In this document: piece after piece, positions 7,340 through 16,251 of the stretch
How the letters are laid out: every line of letters starts with the position of its first letter
How positions within the stretch are numbered: position 1 is the stretch's first letter
Origin: a virus
Taxonomy: Duplodnaviria; Caudoviricetes
Direction: 5' to 3' (one strand)
Virus record (IMG/VR): IMGVR_UViG_3300017766_003777
Coordinates: 1-35,362 of that record
DNA: 35,362 nucleotides
Notes under the pieces: generated by a model
Databases searched by the model: none
Seen by the model: only the letters and a program-made list of their open reading frames with translations
Told to the model about the DNA's origin: nothing
Translations under genes and position numbers: made by a program

Positions 7340-9250
7340 TCAGATGCATGTTACCTTGACCGCGTTCGGAGTCGAGAACCAGTACTGTCGGGCGAACGGA
7401 CCGACCCCCTCGTTGTAGGTCGCGGCGGGGTACTGCTCGCACATCATCACGACCGTACCCGTGCTGATCGGCAGCGCGTCGATGACGGAGGTGGGGTAGT
7501 CCGACTGCAGGACTCCAGGTGCCACTAGGTTCGCGGGGTTGTTTGCGGCAACGAAGTTGTTGCCGTTCTCCGACATGTTGCGGGCGTAGCCCGAGCGACG
7601 ATAGTTCGGGGTCGTGACGGTCATCGGGCTGTAAAGCGTGGCGGGGTTCGGCTCGTCCTCCTCAAAGGTGTAGACCCACCGCCAGTACTCATCGCCGCTG
7701 ACCCCCATGCGGTTCGCGCCTGTGATGCGCGCCGCAAACACCCGCGTATCGGGAGGGGCGACTTCGATTGACAGCACGCCCGACCCGAGTCGGCGGGCGT
7801 GAACCTTGCCGAGGCTCATCACGATGTCACGCGGGTCGGTCGGCTGCAGCCCGTCAGGACCAAAGATCCAATCCTTCTCATCGCACTCCGTGATCATGAT
7901 CGGGACAAACCGCCGCTCACGGACGCCGAAGGTGTATCGCAGCAGGGTGCCTCGGTACGCCCCGACAGGCGGGAATGCCACCCACCCACCCCAAGTGACA
8001 CGCCCGATGCTCATTTGACATCGGTTGACGAGGTTCTCAATCACCGCATCGTCGTATGGGGGGTTGGCATCCGCCGTGCCGCTGCCCGTCGTGTAGTTCC
8101 ACGCAGGCGGCTGCGGGGTGTTGAAGGTCGCAAGGTTGGGGTTGAGCGGGTCGAACGACTCGGGAGCCTGATTCGCGATTAGCGCCCGAGGCTCCTTCAG
8201 CACTAGGGCGCATTCCTGATAGGACGGACGGTCCTGCGTCGTCGTGATTTCGCGCTCGTATCCCACCTCGCGCATCGTCTGATACTGCAGTTCCCCCGAG
8301 ACGACATCCGCGGCGTTGTTGTAGTAGGTGCGCGCCTCCACCGTGCGATACGGAAACGACACGGTTGCGGACGACGGCATGCGGTTCAACTGCCCTGTCG
8401 GAAATGTCCAACGGTTGAGCAATGGTTCCCCGCTGCTATCCGTTCCGCTCGTCGGCTCCAAGCCACCCGCAACGGCTCTCAACACTCCGCTGACCATCCG
8501 CGAATTGATGAGATCGGTATCGGATTCGATCTTCTTGATTACATAGGTGGTGCCCGTCTGATGGATGAGCACATAGCCCGTCGCCGACAGCAGAAGGTCG
8601 ATTGCCATCGGGATGGAGCATTCAGGCGTGAACACATGGTTCGCGACCCGAGACAGCAGTTTCGGGTTTGGCGTGTAAGCAGCGGTGTTGATCGTTCCGA
8701 GACCGACGAGAACGCTTTTCAGCGTGTTCAGCAACTGCAGCGGCGTTGTCGTGCTGCTGACTCCCGAAGTCAGATTACGACCGTCGGAGGAACGGTTTTG
8801 CGCCATCATCTGAATCAGGTTGACGGCGTTTACCTGCTTGCGCGCCCACCAGTACCGCGCATCGACCGCCTCCACCACTAGCAGACCCGTGCCTGCGTTT
8901 AAAAACCCCGAGGCGACGGGATAGAACATCGGCTTGGGCGGCAGGATCGACATCGCGATGTTGAACACCGACACCCCTGAACCGCTGTGGTCGAGTTTGA
9001 GCAGAGCCGAACCTTCTCCGAGCGCCCCCGTCGAGGACATCAGCGTGTTGTAGTCGCTTTGTCGCATGATGCCGCGGAACCGTGCAGGACGCGAAGCGCC
9101 ACCAGGGATGTCAAGGCGGAAGAGATCCTCATGCGTCATGTTGCAGAGTCGGGCGATCTCCATGAGTTCGTCCGACTCGCATTCGGGAGACAGAAGTGGG
9201 ATCGCTCCCGCCGTCGTCTCAAAGTACGCATGGATCACGGCGTCCTCCAA
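7340..9250 (-). CDS. Minor tail protein / tail hub-like (636 aa)
   Basis: Second large gene after the tape measure; synteny only. Confidence 0.65.
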   Translation of the reverse strand: MEDAVIHAYFETTAGAIPLLSPECESDELMEIARLCNMTHEDLFRLDIPGGASRPARFRGIMRQSDYNTLMSSTGALGEGSALLKLDHSGSGVSVFNIAMSILPPKPMFYPVASGFLNAGTGLLVVEAVDARYWWARKQVNAVNLIQMMAQNRSSDGRNLTSGVSSTTTPLQLLNTLKSVLVGLGTINTAAYTPNPKLLSRVANHVFTPECSIPMAIDLLLSATGYVLIHQTGTTYVIKKIESDTDLINSRMVSGVLRAVAGGLEPTSGTDSSGEPLLNRWTFPTGQLNRMPSSATVSFPYRTVEARTYYNNAADVVSGELQYQTMREVGYEREITTTQDRPSYQECALVLKEPRALIANQAPESFDPLNPNLATFNTPQPPAWNYTTGSGTADANPPYDDAVIENLVNRCQMSIGRVTWGGWVAFPPVGAYRGTLLRYTFGVRERRFVPIMITECDEKDWIFGPDGLQPTDPRDIVMSLGKVHARRLGSGVLSIEVAPPDTRVFAARITGANRMGVSGDEYWRWVYTFEEDEPNPATLYSPMTVTTPNYRRSGYARNMSENGNNFVAANNPANLVAPGVLQSDYPTSVIDALPISTGTVVMMCEQYPAATYNEGVGPFARQYWFSTPNAVKVTCI

Positions 9251-11115
9251 GTTTCATCGTTGACGGTGAACGAGGTGTTGTTCGCGACATTTGCATAGAA
9301 GACGGTTTCAGTCGCTTCCTGAGATGCCGTCGTCGCCACCGCACTCAAGGTCGGACTGATGCGCAAACTCGCCGAGTTCCATGCGCGGTAGGAGGGGAGT
9401 CCCGCGATGGTCTGCGTGAAGAAGCCCGCATTCTCGCCACCGTCGTACATCTGATAGGTGCGTTCGTAGATGCCCGTGAACATGCGGTTGCCTTGCGCAT
9501 CGAACTTGCCGAACGCAACATCCCATGTCTCGCTGTAGAGGAACGCGCCTTCAGGAGCAGGACGGAACACCTTTGCGGGCGCGCTGTTCGCCTGCGAGAT
9601 TTCAACGCGCTCGCGCACGCGCACGCACGGCTTGCGCGTTTGGAAGACGAAGTCTGCGCCCGTCATGTACATGGTCGAGAGACGGCACATCCCGCTGTCA
9701 AACTCCACCTTTGTGTGCGACAGCGAATGCGCGATGATCTGCGTGTAGTTATCCACGGGCGGCGGCTGCAACTGATCCGCGGAGAACTGACCTGCAAACT
9801 GCGCCGTGATGGCATCGATGCCCGTGGCGTCCGCGATCACGGTGACGGTCACCTCGCCTACCGCGGGAACCTCCTCTGCGAGCAGCGCGTCATCCGCGGA
9901 GGGGAACGCCGTGGTCTTGCCGTCGCAGTTCATGCCGTTCACAAGGTTGTTCAACCAATGCGGAAGCATGTAGTAGCGCGTTGCCGCGCCGCCTGCGGTC
10001 GGCGCGACGAGCGGTCCATACGGATCGACCGCGACCGTGTCGGTTCGCGTCACCGTGAACCTCTGACCGATCATGAAGGCGAGCGGGACGATGCTCACAG
10101 CGCCTTCGCCGCCCGAGGGCGCGCTTGCGGGGAACACCTGCGCCTCAAGTTCAAAGCGGATGCTGAAACCCGACAGGATCCCGCGCTCCGTGACCCGCAT
10201 CCGCGTAATGATGCAGTTCCCGTAGGTCGCGTTGATGCGCGCCTTCGACAGTTTGACCGCCGCCTCCACAAGCCTGCGGTTGCCCGTGGTGCCCGCGATG
10301 GACTTGAGGCTGATGTCGCCTTCCAGATCCACCGTGCAGGTCAGGTGACCGATGCCCGCGTCCTGCGCGTTGCGCTCGTAGGTGAAGTCCATGTCACCGA
10401 CGCGGACGCCGTTCGGGAGGTTGTAGAGGTACTGCTTGTCCACGAACTGATACACGAGCGCGGTCGAGGATGCGTCGTATGCGAAGTCCTGAGACTCGCG
10501 CCGCCATCCTTCGCCGAGCCAACTCGGAGCGACCGCACGGCGGAACAGATCCGCCCACGGGATCGTGGCGCTGACATTCGATCCTTGATTCGGCGGCGTT
10601 ACCGTGCTCGCGGTCGCGCTTCGGGCTACGCGGATGTGCCCGTTGACCGCCCGCGTGACCTGCCCCTTCTGATCAAGGCTCGTCCGCTGCACCCAAGTGT
10701 GCGCGACGACATTTCGGTCGCACAGCGCGATCTCGTCATGCGCATCCCAATTGACGAGGACGAGGTTTGTTCCGACGACCTGCGTGCCCGTCAACTTGAG
10801 GAACGGACCGCCGATGCAGGACGAGCCGCTCGTCAGGTCGATGATCTTGTTCAAGGCGTTCGCAGGGTGCGGAAGCCGCACATACGCCATGCGGGACGAG
10901 TTCGTCCCGTTCGCAGTCTTGTACGCCGACCAATCCTCGACGCTTACGAGACAGGTTCCCGTGATGTGATATCGGGATCCCTGCGGGGTGACGCCGTCCT
11001 CGGCAAGCACAGCCTCGCACGAATAGGCGTCGATGTTCACATTCTCAAGCAGGCTCTCTGTCGCACTTGCGCCCTGAGGCTTGATGTACATCACCGCGGC
11101 GCTAGGAGCAGCCAT
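9235..11115 (-). CDS. Minor tail protein / distal tail-like (626 aa)
   Basis: Immediately downstream of the tape measure; AGGAAGGAAG RBS region. Confidence 0.65.
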   Translation of the reverse strand: MAAPSAAVMYIKPQGASATESLLENVNIDAYSCEAVLAEDGVTPQGSRYHITGTCLVSVEDWSAYKTANGTNSSRMAYVRLPHPANALNKIIDLTSGSSCIGGPFLKLTGTQVVGTNLVLVNWDAHDEIALCDRNVVAHTWVQRTSLDQKGQVTRAVNGHIRVARSATASTVTPPNQGSNVSATIPWADLFRRAVAPSWLGEGWRRESQDFAYDASSTALVYQFVDKQYLYNLPNGVRVGDMDFTYERNAQDAGIGHLTCTVDLEGDISLKSIAGTTGNRRLVEAAVKLSKARINATYGNCIITRMRVTERGILSGFSIRFELEAQVFPASAPSGGEGAVSIVPLAFMIGQRFTVTRTDTVAVDPYGPLVAPTAGGAATRYYMLPHWLNNLVNGMNCDGKTTAFPSADDALLAEEVPAVGEVTVTVIADATGIDAITAQFAGQFSADQLQPPPVDNYTQIIAHSLSHTKVEFDSGMCRLSTMYMTGADFVFQTRKPCVRVRERVEISQANSAPAKVFRPAPEGAFLYSETWDVAFGKFDAQGNRMFTGIYERTYQMYDGGENAGFFTQTIAGLPSYRAWNSASLRISPTLSAVATTASQEATETVFYANVANNTSFTVNDETWRTP

Positions 11116-11116
11116 G

Positions 11117-12085
11117 TCAGTACTTCCTTCCTGTCATCGCCATGACATCCGCGAGGAACCAGTTGTTCACGCCGCCCGTCGTGGCGGGCTTGGTGTTGGT
11201 CGCGATGAGACCCAACCACTTGAGGATCGAACTGATGGCGTCCTTGACCCACAGGAAGAACCCCGTGTTGCCCGTGAGCCTGTCGAGGTACGCGGCGAAC
11301 GGCTCGGTGATCTCCTTGAACGCGCCCGCCACATAACCCTGCAGCGACACGAACGCGGCGTCGGTGCCGACGCGCATGGACGAGATCAGTTCGCCGAGTT
11401 TGCCCGCGATCCACCCGAGCGGGTAGAGCAGTCGGTACACGGTCACCATGAACCGCGACCACAGCACCGCGCTCTCGCCGAGCAGTTTGTTGAACTCCAC
11501 CATCATCGCCGCCCGAGCGTTCTCGGCGAGCGTCTGATACCGCTGCGCCTCGGCGTACTTCGCGCCGTTGACCTGCGCGTCCTGCAGCGAGCGAGAGAAC
11601 TGCGCGAGGCGCTCCTGCGCCGACGACATCATCAGCGCGCCGCTGAACCGAGTCAGTTCCGAGATGCGCTGCGAGACGATCTCGACCGACTGCTGCATCT
11701 TCTGCATGGCGAGCGAGACGCCGCCCGCGGCGAGGATCACGCCTCCGAGGATCGGCACAGCCACCGCCGCCGCGGAGCCGAGCGCGGCAATCGCGCCGCC
11801 CGTCGCGGACGAGGACGACATCAGCGAGGTGAAGCCCGCGAGCGTCGGGGCGCTAAGGAACCCGCGCAACTCGCCGCCGATGCTCGACAGGTTCGACAGT
11901 TTCTCAATGAGCGACATGAAGCCCGAGACGGGCGCAGGAGCCGCAGGAGGGGGAACAGGACCAGGTCCGCCTCCCGCCTGTCCGCTGCCGCCGCCGCCAC
12001 GACCACCGCCGCCCGCGCCGCCACCTGCGCCGCCACCCGCGCCGAACTCTCGGATGTTGATGTTGATGTTTCCGAGGTCTTCCAT
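11117..12085 (-). CDS. Short tape measure protein (about 322 aa)
   Basis: MEDLGNININIRE start at TAATG overlap; Ala/Gly-rich, helical with hydrophobic stretches; C-terminal LGLIATNTK. Confidence 0.65.
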   Translation of the reverse strand: MEDLGNININIREFGAGGGAGGGAGGGGRGGGGSGQAGGGPGPVPPPAAPAPVSGFMSLIEKLSNLSSIGGELRGFLSAPTLAGFTSLMSSSSATGGAIAALGSAAAVAVPILGGVILAAGGVSLAMQKMQQSVEIVSQRISELTRFSGALMMSSAQERLAQFSRSLQDAQVNGAKYAEAQRYQTLAENARAAMMVEFNKLLGESAVLWSRFMVTVYRLLYPLGWIAGKLGELISSMRVGTDAAFVSLQGYVAGAFKEITEPFAAYLDRLTGNTGFFLWVKDAISSILKWLGLIATNTKPATTGGVNNWFLADVMAMTGRKY

Positions 12086-12540
12086 TACTTCGGCTCCCAA
12101 GTCATCTCATACGCGAAGTCGTAGAGATCTCGGAGCGTCAGCCACCCGTCGAGACCCTCGACCGCCTGCACGGTGCCGCCGCTTCGGAAGATCAGCGGGA
12201 TCGTCATGCCATCGATCATGCGCTGCGTCAGGAACTCCCGCAGGAGGTCTACGAACTGCTGAATTCCCGACGCTCCCGCGATGCGTTCGGTGCCGCGCTG
12301 CATCGGGTCGAAGAAGCCGCGCCACCACACGATGATCTCGACCTGACTGCGGATCAGACCGATGCCGCTGTTCGGGTGCACGGCGTTGTCGGCACCAGGC
12401 ACGATCTGTATCGCGTACTGCCCGACGATCTCATCGATGGGCGCCTCCACGATGTAGACGACATCGCCGTACCCCTGCTGCTGCATCCACTCCGCGAGCG
12501 TGTCGCGCATGGCGTACAGGACTTCGTAGACGCTAGCCAT
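12085..12540 (-). CDS. Tail completion/terminator-like protein (151 aa)
   Basis: Size and pattern (helix, D-V-Y strand, mixed alpha/beta) resemble tail terminators; atypical position. Confidence 0.45.
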   Translation of the reverse strand: MASVYEVLYAMRDTLAEWMQQQGYGDVVYIVEAPIDEIVGQYAIQIVPGADNAVHPNSGIGLIRSQVEIIVWWRGFFDPMQRGTERIAGASGIQQFVDLLREFLTQRMIDGMTIPLIFRSGGTVQAVEGLDGWLTLRDLYDFAYEMTWEPK

Positions 12541-12799
12541 TGATCCGCCCCTTTGCCATCATCGCCTGCACCTCGACGCGCTGCGCGAGGCGGGCGTTGC
12601 CCGTGGTTGCGTACAGACACGCCGCGAGCGTCTTGGCGTCACCCATCGCGATGGCGATAGCCCGCGCCGTGACGAGCGTCTCAGCAGCCTCGACGGCGGG
12701 GATGTTCGCCATGAGTCCCATAGCAGTCTCGGGGTCGAACTCTGACGGCATCCGCCCGTAGACCGACAGGAATCGGGCGGATGCCTTTAGCCGTTTCCC
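12533..12799 (-). CDS. Tail assembly chaperone, -1 frameshift extension (gpGT-like)
   Basis: Open -1 frame entered at slippery G GGA AAC (12799-12793). Confidence 0.7.
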   Translation of the reverse strand, partial: GKRLKASARFLSVYGRMPSEFDPETAMGLMANIPAVEAAETLVTARAIAIAMGDAKTLAACLYATTGNARLAQRVEVQAMMAKGRING

Positions 12800-13050
12800 G
12801 CGGTGGACACCTTCGTCGTCATGCGGTGCCACGCCGCGACGAGCATCGCGTCGGTCGCAGCCTGCGCGACATCGGGCGTGCGCGACGATTCGCGGATCGC
12901 CTTGACGACATCGTTGGTCGATGGCTCGACGCCGCCCTGCACGGAAGCCTGCACGGTCGCGAGGATCTCCATGTACTGCACGACGAGTCGCCCGCAGGGC
13001 AGACCGACGGCGAACAGCATGGGGTCGTTGTCTTCGGAAAGGTCGATCAT
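12787..13050 (-). CDS. Tail assembly chaperone (gpG-like, 87 aa)
   Basis: Follows tail tube gene; ends GCG GGA AAC GGC TAA. Confidence 0.7.
   Translation of the reverse strand: MIDLSEDNDPMLFAVGLPCGRLVVQYMEILATVQASVQGGVEPSTNDVVKAIRESSRTPDVAQAATDAMLVAAWHRMTTKVSTAGNG
12793..12799 (-). other. Programmed -1 ribosomal frameshift site GGGAAAC
   Basis: X XXY YYZ heptamer in the correct phase just before the chaperone stop, with a long open -1 frame. Confidence 0.75.
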
Positions 13051-13051
13051 G

Positions 13052-13540
13052 TCACGGAGTATAGGTGTAAAGGGTTCCCGCGGTCGTCGGGATGGCGGCG
13101 ATGTTCAGGGTGAGCACGCGCTCGCGGTTGCCCCATTGCGAATCGCCGACGCTGTCGGGCAGCAGGTAGCACGCTCCGAAGGAGTACGCCATCGTGCTGC
13201 CGACTATAGTCGAGGCGATGGTGACGACGAAGGTGTCGGCGTTCGCGACGAGACGACGACCCACGACGGGAACCGTCGCCGATCCGCGCTGCTCGGCGAG
13301 CAGGCTCGTCAGGACAGCCTCATCCCATTTCACCAAGGCGAGCGAGATGCGGGCGCTCGTACCCTGCATGACGATCTCCTCGGGCACATTGCCGCGGAGC
13401 ACCGTCTTCACCTCATGCTGATGGTCGGTGAACTGAATCGACGGGAGGTTGTCGTTGTCCGAGTAGCCGAGCACCGAGGTGGTGCCTGCGACCGTGACGC
13501 TGATGCTTGTTGGTCCCGCGACGAGAATGCTTGTTGCCAT
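13052..13540 (-). CDS. Major tail tube protein (162 aa)
   Basis: Size, beta-rich pattern (VLGYSD...ARISLALVKWD), position before the frameshifted chaperone; no sheath gene nearby. Confidence 0.65.
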   Translation of the reverse strand: MATSILVAGPTSISVTVAGTTSVLGYSDNDNLPSIQFTDHQHEVKTVLRGNVPEEIVMQGTSARISLALVKWDEAVLTSLLAEQRGSATVPVVGRRLVANADTFVVTIASTIVGSTMAYSFGACYLLPDSVGDSQWGNRERVLTLNIAAIPTTAGTLYTYTP

Positions 13541-13543
13541 AGT

Positions 13544-14194
13544 TCACTTGCCTTTCAGGATGCTTTTCAGCCCGAGATAGATCGACACGCCGAGGGTCTT
13601 GAGGTCTTCCCGAGTCGGCAGGATAAACGGGCGAGCGGGCACAGTCACGCCTTTCCACGCCATCGTGAAGTCCTTGCCTCGCGTCAGACCCTCGCGGTTC
13701 GGATTCTGCCCCGTTCCGTGTCCGCGCTTGCCCTTCAGGGTCAGCGGGATGTAGTTCGGTCCCTTGGTCTTGAAGCCGCGATCCTGATACAGCCCGTATC
13801 TGCGACCGCGCATCGTCAGGACGATCTTGCCGCCGACCTGCGAACCCGTCGCCGAGAGGCTACCCGCGAGTTTGCCCGTGTCGCGCAGCGGCTGACCGCC
13901 CGCTCGGTAGCCGACCGTCTGAACGAGGTACTGCGTCCTGCGGCGCGCCTTCCCATCGACCATACGGACGAGCCTGCGGGTTTGGATCACCGTCCCGTTG
14001 CGCGGGCGCCTGTCCGCCCAGAACGCCCCTGTGACGGTCTTGAGCGGCTTGTGCGGCTCGGGGTCGCCGCCCGCGCCGCGACCGTAGTTCTCGTTGATGT
14101 GCTCCTCCATCCACGCGGTAGCGACCTGCGCGATGCCGTCGAGCACCTGACGATCTCGGAGCGCCCGTTTGACCCGTTCGCTCCACTTGCTCAT
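13544..14194 (-). CDS. Virion morphogenesis protein (Mu gpG-like neck/tail completion)
   Basis: PLRDTGKLAGSL and VPARPFI motifs; very basic. Confidence 0.8.
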   Translation of the reverse strand: MSKWSERVKRALRDRQVLDGIAQVATAWMEEHINENYGRGAGGDPEPHKPLKTVTGAFWADRRPRNGTVIQTRRLVRMVDGKARRRTQYLVQTVGYRAGGQPLRDTGKLAGSLSATGSQVGGKIVLTMRGRRYGLYQDRGFKTKGPNYIPLTLKGKRGHGTGQNPNREGLTRGKDFTMAWKGVTVPARPFILPTREDLKTLGVSIYLGLKSILKGK

Positions 14195-14679
14195 GGGTAG
14201 GGGCTTCCCTTACGCGGGGGGAAGAACTGCGAGTTGCTCGCGCTGTTGTACCACCCGAGGTTCGCGAGGCTCACGGCTGCGACGAGGGGCGTGCCTGCGG
14301 CGACATTGCCGCTGACCGATCCGAACAGCATCTTGCCGTCGCGCAGCCCCTCGCAGAACGAGTACGCCTGCTTGATGCGCTGCTCAATGGCGGGCGAGAT
14401 CTTCGCGCCGCGCCGCTGAAACAGGAATTCCGTGGCGAGATCGACCGTGAGCGCGACGAGCAGCGGGTCGTGCGCGGCGGCGAGAATGGCGATCTCGTTC
14501 TCGGTGTAGATGTCACCGACCCTGATGTACGACCTGATCGTAGCCGTTGCCCGCTCAAGGGCTGCATCCGTGACGGGGTTCGGACCTGGCGCGACCGTCC
14601 CTGCATCCGCGCACAGTTGCGCGAGGATGGTCGAGTCGAGCGCGTGTTCCAGATCGTCGTAGGTCGCGTATGCGGTCAC
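14191..14679 (-). CDS. Head-tail adaptor, Mu gp36/DUF1320-like
   Basis: YATYDDL...ALERATATIRSYI...LTVDLA...A..FCEGLRDGK pattern; directly after capsid gene. Confidence 0.75.
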   Translation of the reverse strand: MTAYATYDDLEHALDSTILAQLCADAGTVAPGPNPVTDAALERATATIRSYIRVGDIYTENEIAILAAAHDPLLVALTVDLATEFLFQRRGAKISPAIEQRIKQAYSFCEGLRDGKMLFGSVSGNVAAGTPLVAAVSLANLGWYNSASNSQFFPPRKGSPYP

Positions 14680-14694
14680 GGCTACCTCTCAATA

Positions 14695-14736
14695 CGCAGG
14701 GGGAGGATGGGCTGTCACCCACCCTCCCCCGTTGCG
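14695..14736 (-). terminator. Stem-loop after major capsid gene (terminator/stabiliser)
   Basis: GGGGGAGG/CCTCCCCC inverted repeat in the capsid-adaptor intergenic gap. Confidence 0.6.
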
Positions 14737-14747
14737 GGAGATGAAGA

Positions 14748-15794
14748 TCAGATCACCGAGGTGATGGAGTAGCCCGCCGCGGGCGCGACGATGGCGGGGA
14801 CGCTGTTGTCGATGACGCGACCCTCGACGCGGCGGTTCAGCGGATCGTTGAACTGCTCGACGGTCATGTCCTCGTAGGCGAAGATCTGCAGGGTCGCGAA
14901 CGAGTTCGCGCCCTCGACGCCGACGAGACCACCAGGACGCGAGAGGAAGTACGCGCCGTTGCCGAGCACATACGAGGTCGCGGTGGTGGAAGCGCCCTTC
15001 TTGCTCGTCACCTTGACCGAGTCGTCAACGACGACATCGGCAAGCCCGTAGATGGTCGGGGGGATGCCCCAACGGCTGAAGGTGTCGCTGCCCATGAGGA
15101 ACGAAGTACCCGCGGGCTGGAACTTCACATACTCACGGATCTCCTGCGACTGCGACAGCACCTGCGCGATGGCGGGGCTGATCACCATGATCAACTGATT
15201 CGGGCTGACCGCGCCGCCGCTGCTGTAGCCGACCAACTGCATGACCTGCTGAATGGTCTTCTGAATGTACGGGTTGTTCGGGGTCGCGGCGCTCCACAGA
15301 CCACCGACCGCGGTGAACGACTGCGCGGTGGTGTTCGGAGTCGCGACGAAGTTGTTGCTCCAGTTCGCGGTGGTCGAGAGCGCCGTCGCAGCCGCCATCG
15401 TGCGGCGAGTCATCGCCAACTGAGCGCGGCTGCGGGCGTGCTGCGCGACGACATCCCAAGCCGCCTGCTGCGTGGTCTCCTGCGGGATGTAGAACGGGAA
15501 CGCAAACCGCTGCGTGGTGTACGGCAGGAAGTCGAACGCGTTCTGCTTGCCCGTCGGACGGTCGTTGCCGAGGGGCCATGCGAACTCGCGCTCGTCGCTG
15601 ACGCGCACATTGTCGGTCTGGTCCTGACGGAGGTAGTAGCCCGTCATCTTGGTCGTCGGCACGATCTGCGCGTAGCGCGTGAGTGCGAACGAGTTGACGG
15701 AGCGGGTGAACTCGACCTGAAGCGCGCCAGTCGCGAGGTCGTTGGTGCTCGGGATGTAGGCTGAATTGCCGCCACCCACAACAGAAAATGCCAT
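14748..15794 (-). CDS. Major capsid protein (348 aa)
   Basis: Strong AAGGAG RBS, size, position after protease and decoration genes, downstream hairpin; PNQLIMVISP motif. Confidence 0.8.
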   Translation of the reverse strand: MAFSVVGGGNSAYIPSTNDLATGALQVEFTRSVNSFALTRYAQIVPTTKMTGYYLRQDQTDNVRVSDEREFAWPLGNDRPTGKQNAFDFLPYTTQRFAFPFYIPQETTQQAAWDVVAQHARSRAQLAMTRRTMAAATALSTTANWSNNFVATPNTTAQSFTAVGGLWSAATPNNPYIQKTIQQVMQLVGYSSGGAVSPNQLIMVISPAIAQVLSQSQEIREYVKFQPAGTSFLMGSDTFSRWGIPPTIYGLADVVVDDSVKVTSKKGASTTATSYVLGNGAYFLSRPGGLVGVEGANSFATLQIFAYEDMTVEQFNDPLNRRVEGRVIDNSVPAIVAPAAGYSITSVI

Positions 15795-15831
15795 GTGATG
15801 CTCTCCTTCTTACGAGGGGTTGATGGGTGGA

Positions 15832-16233
15832 TCAGGTGAAGATCGGACCGCGCTGACCGAAGCGGAAGGCGCGGATGACCTCGCCTGCCGCGCCTGCCTC
15901 AAGCGCGATGTAGTTGCTGACGGCGGTGCCGCCCGCAGCGGTGACGGCGGTGCCGTCGCCCGAGCCGAGCGGCATGAGGTAATCGCCCGCGCTGCATCCG
16001 CCCGTGCCGACCGTGATCTGCACGGTGTTGCTCGGCTGAAGCGTGATCGGGGTGCCCGCGACAGCGTGAGCCGTCGCGTCGAACTTGTAGACGCTGCCGT
16101 CCGTCACGCCGATCTGCTCGTCGGTGATGGCGGTGGCTGCGGCGCCCTGAAACGCGCCCGAGATGGTGACGAAGCGGAACGGGTTGATGGTGCCTGAAGC
16201 GATGAGGTTGGGAGTGAAGCCCATGTCGGACAT
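15832..16233 (-). CDS. Head decoration/cement protein (DUF2190-like)
   Basis: ASGTINPFRFV...IGVT...AGDYLM...G.AV...IALEAGAAGEVI pattern between scaffold and capsid. Confidence 0.75.
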   Translation of the reverse strand: MSDMGFTPNLIASGTINPFRFVTISGAFQGAAATAITDEQIGVTDGSVYKFDATAHAVAGTPITLQPSNTVQITVGTGGCSAGDYLMPLGSGDGTAVTAAGGTAVSNYIALEAGAAGEVIRAFRFGQRGPIFT

Positions 16234-16251
16234 GTCGGTCTGCCTTTCTGA

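Noticed and set aside
2024-9250. Diversity-generating retroelement or invertase-switched tail fibres
   Set aside because: No reverse transcriptase, no TR/VR pair with adenine-specific differences and no invertase seen.
11930-12045. GCC/GGC-rich tandem repeat
   Set aside because: Simply encodes the Gly/Pro-rich linker of the tape measure protein.
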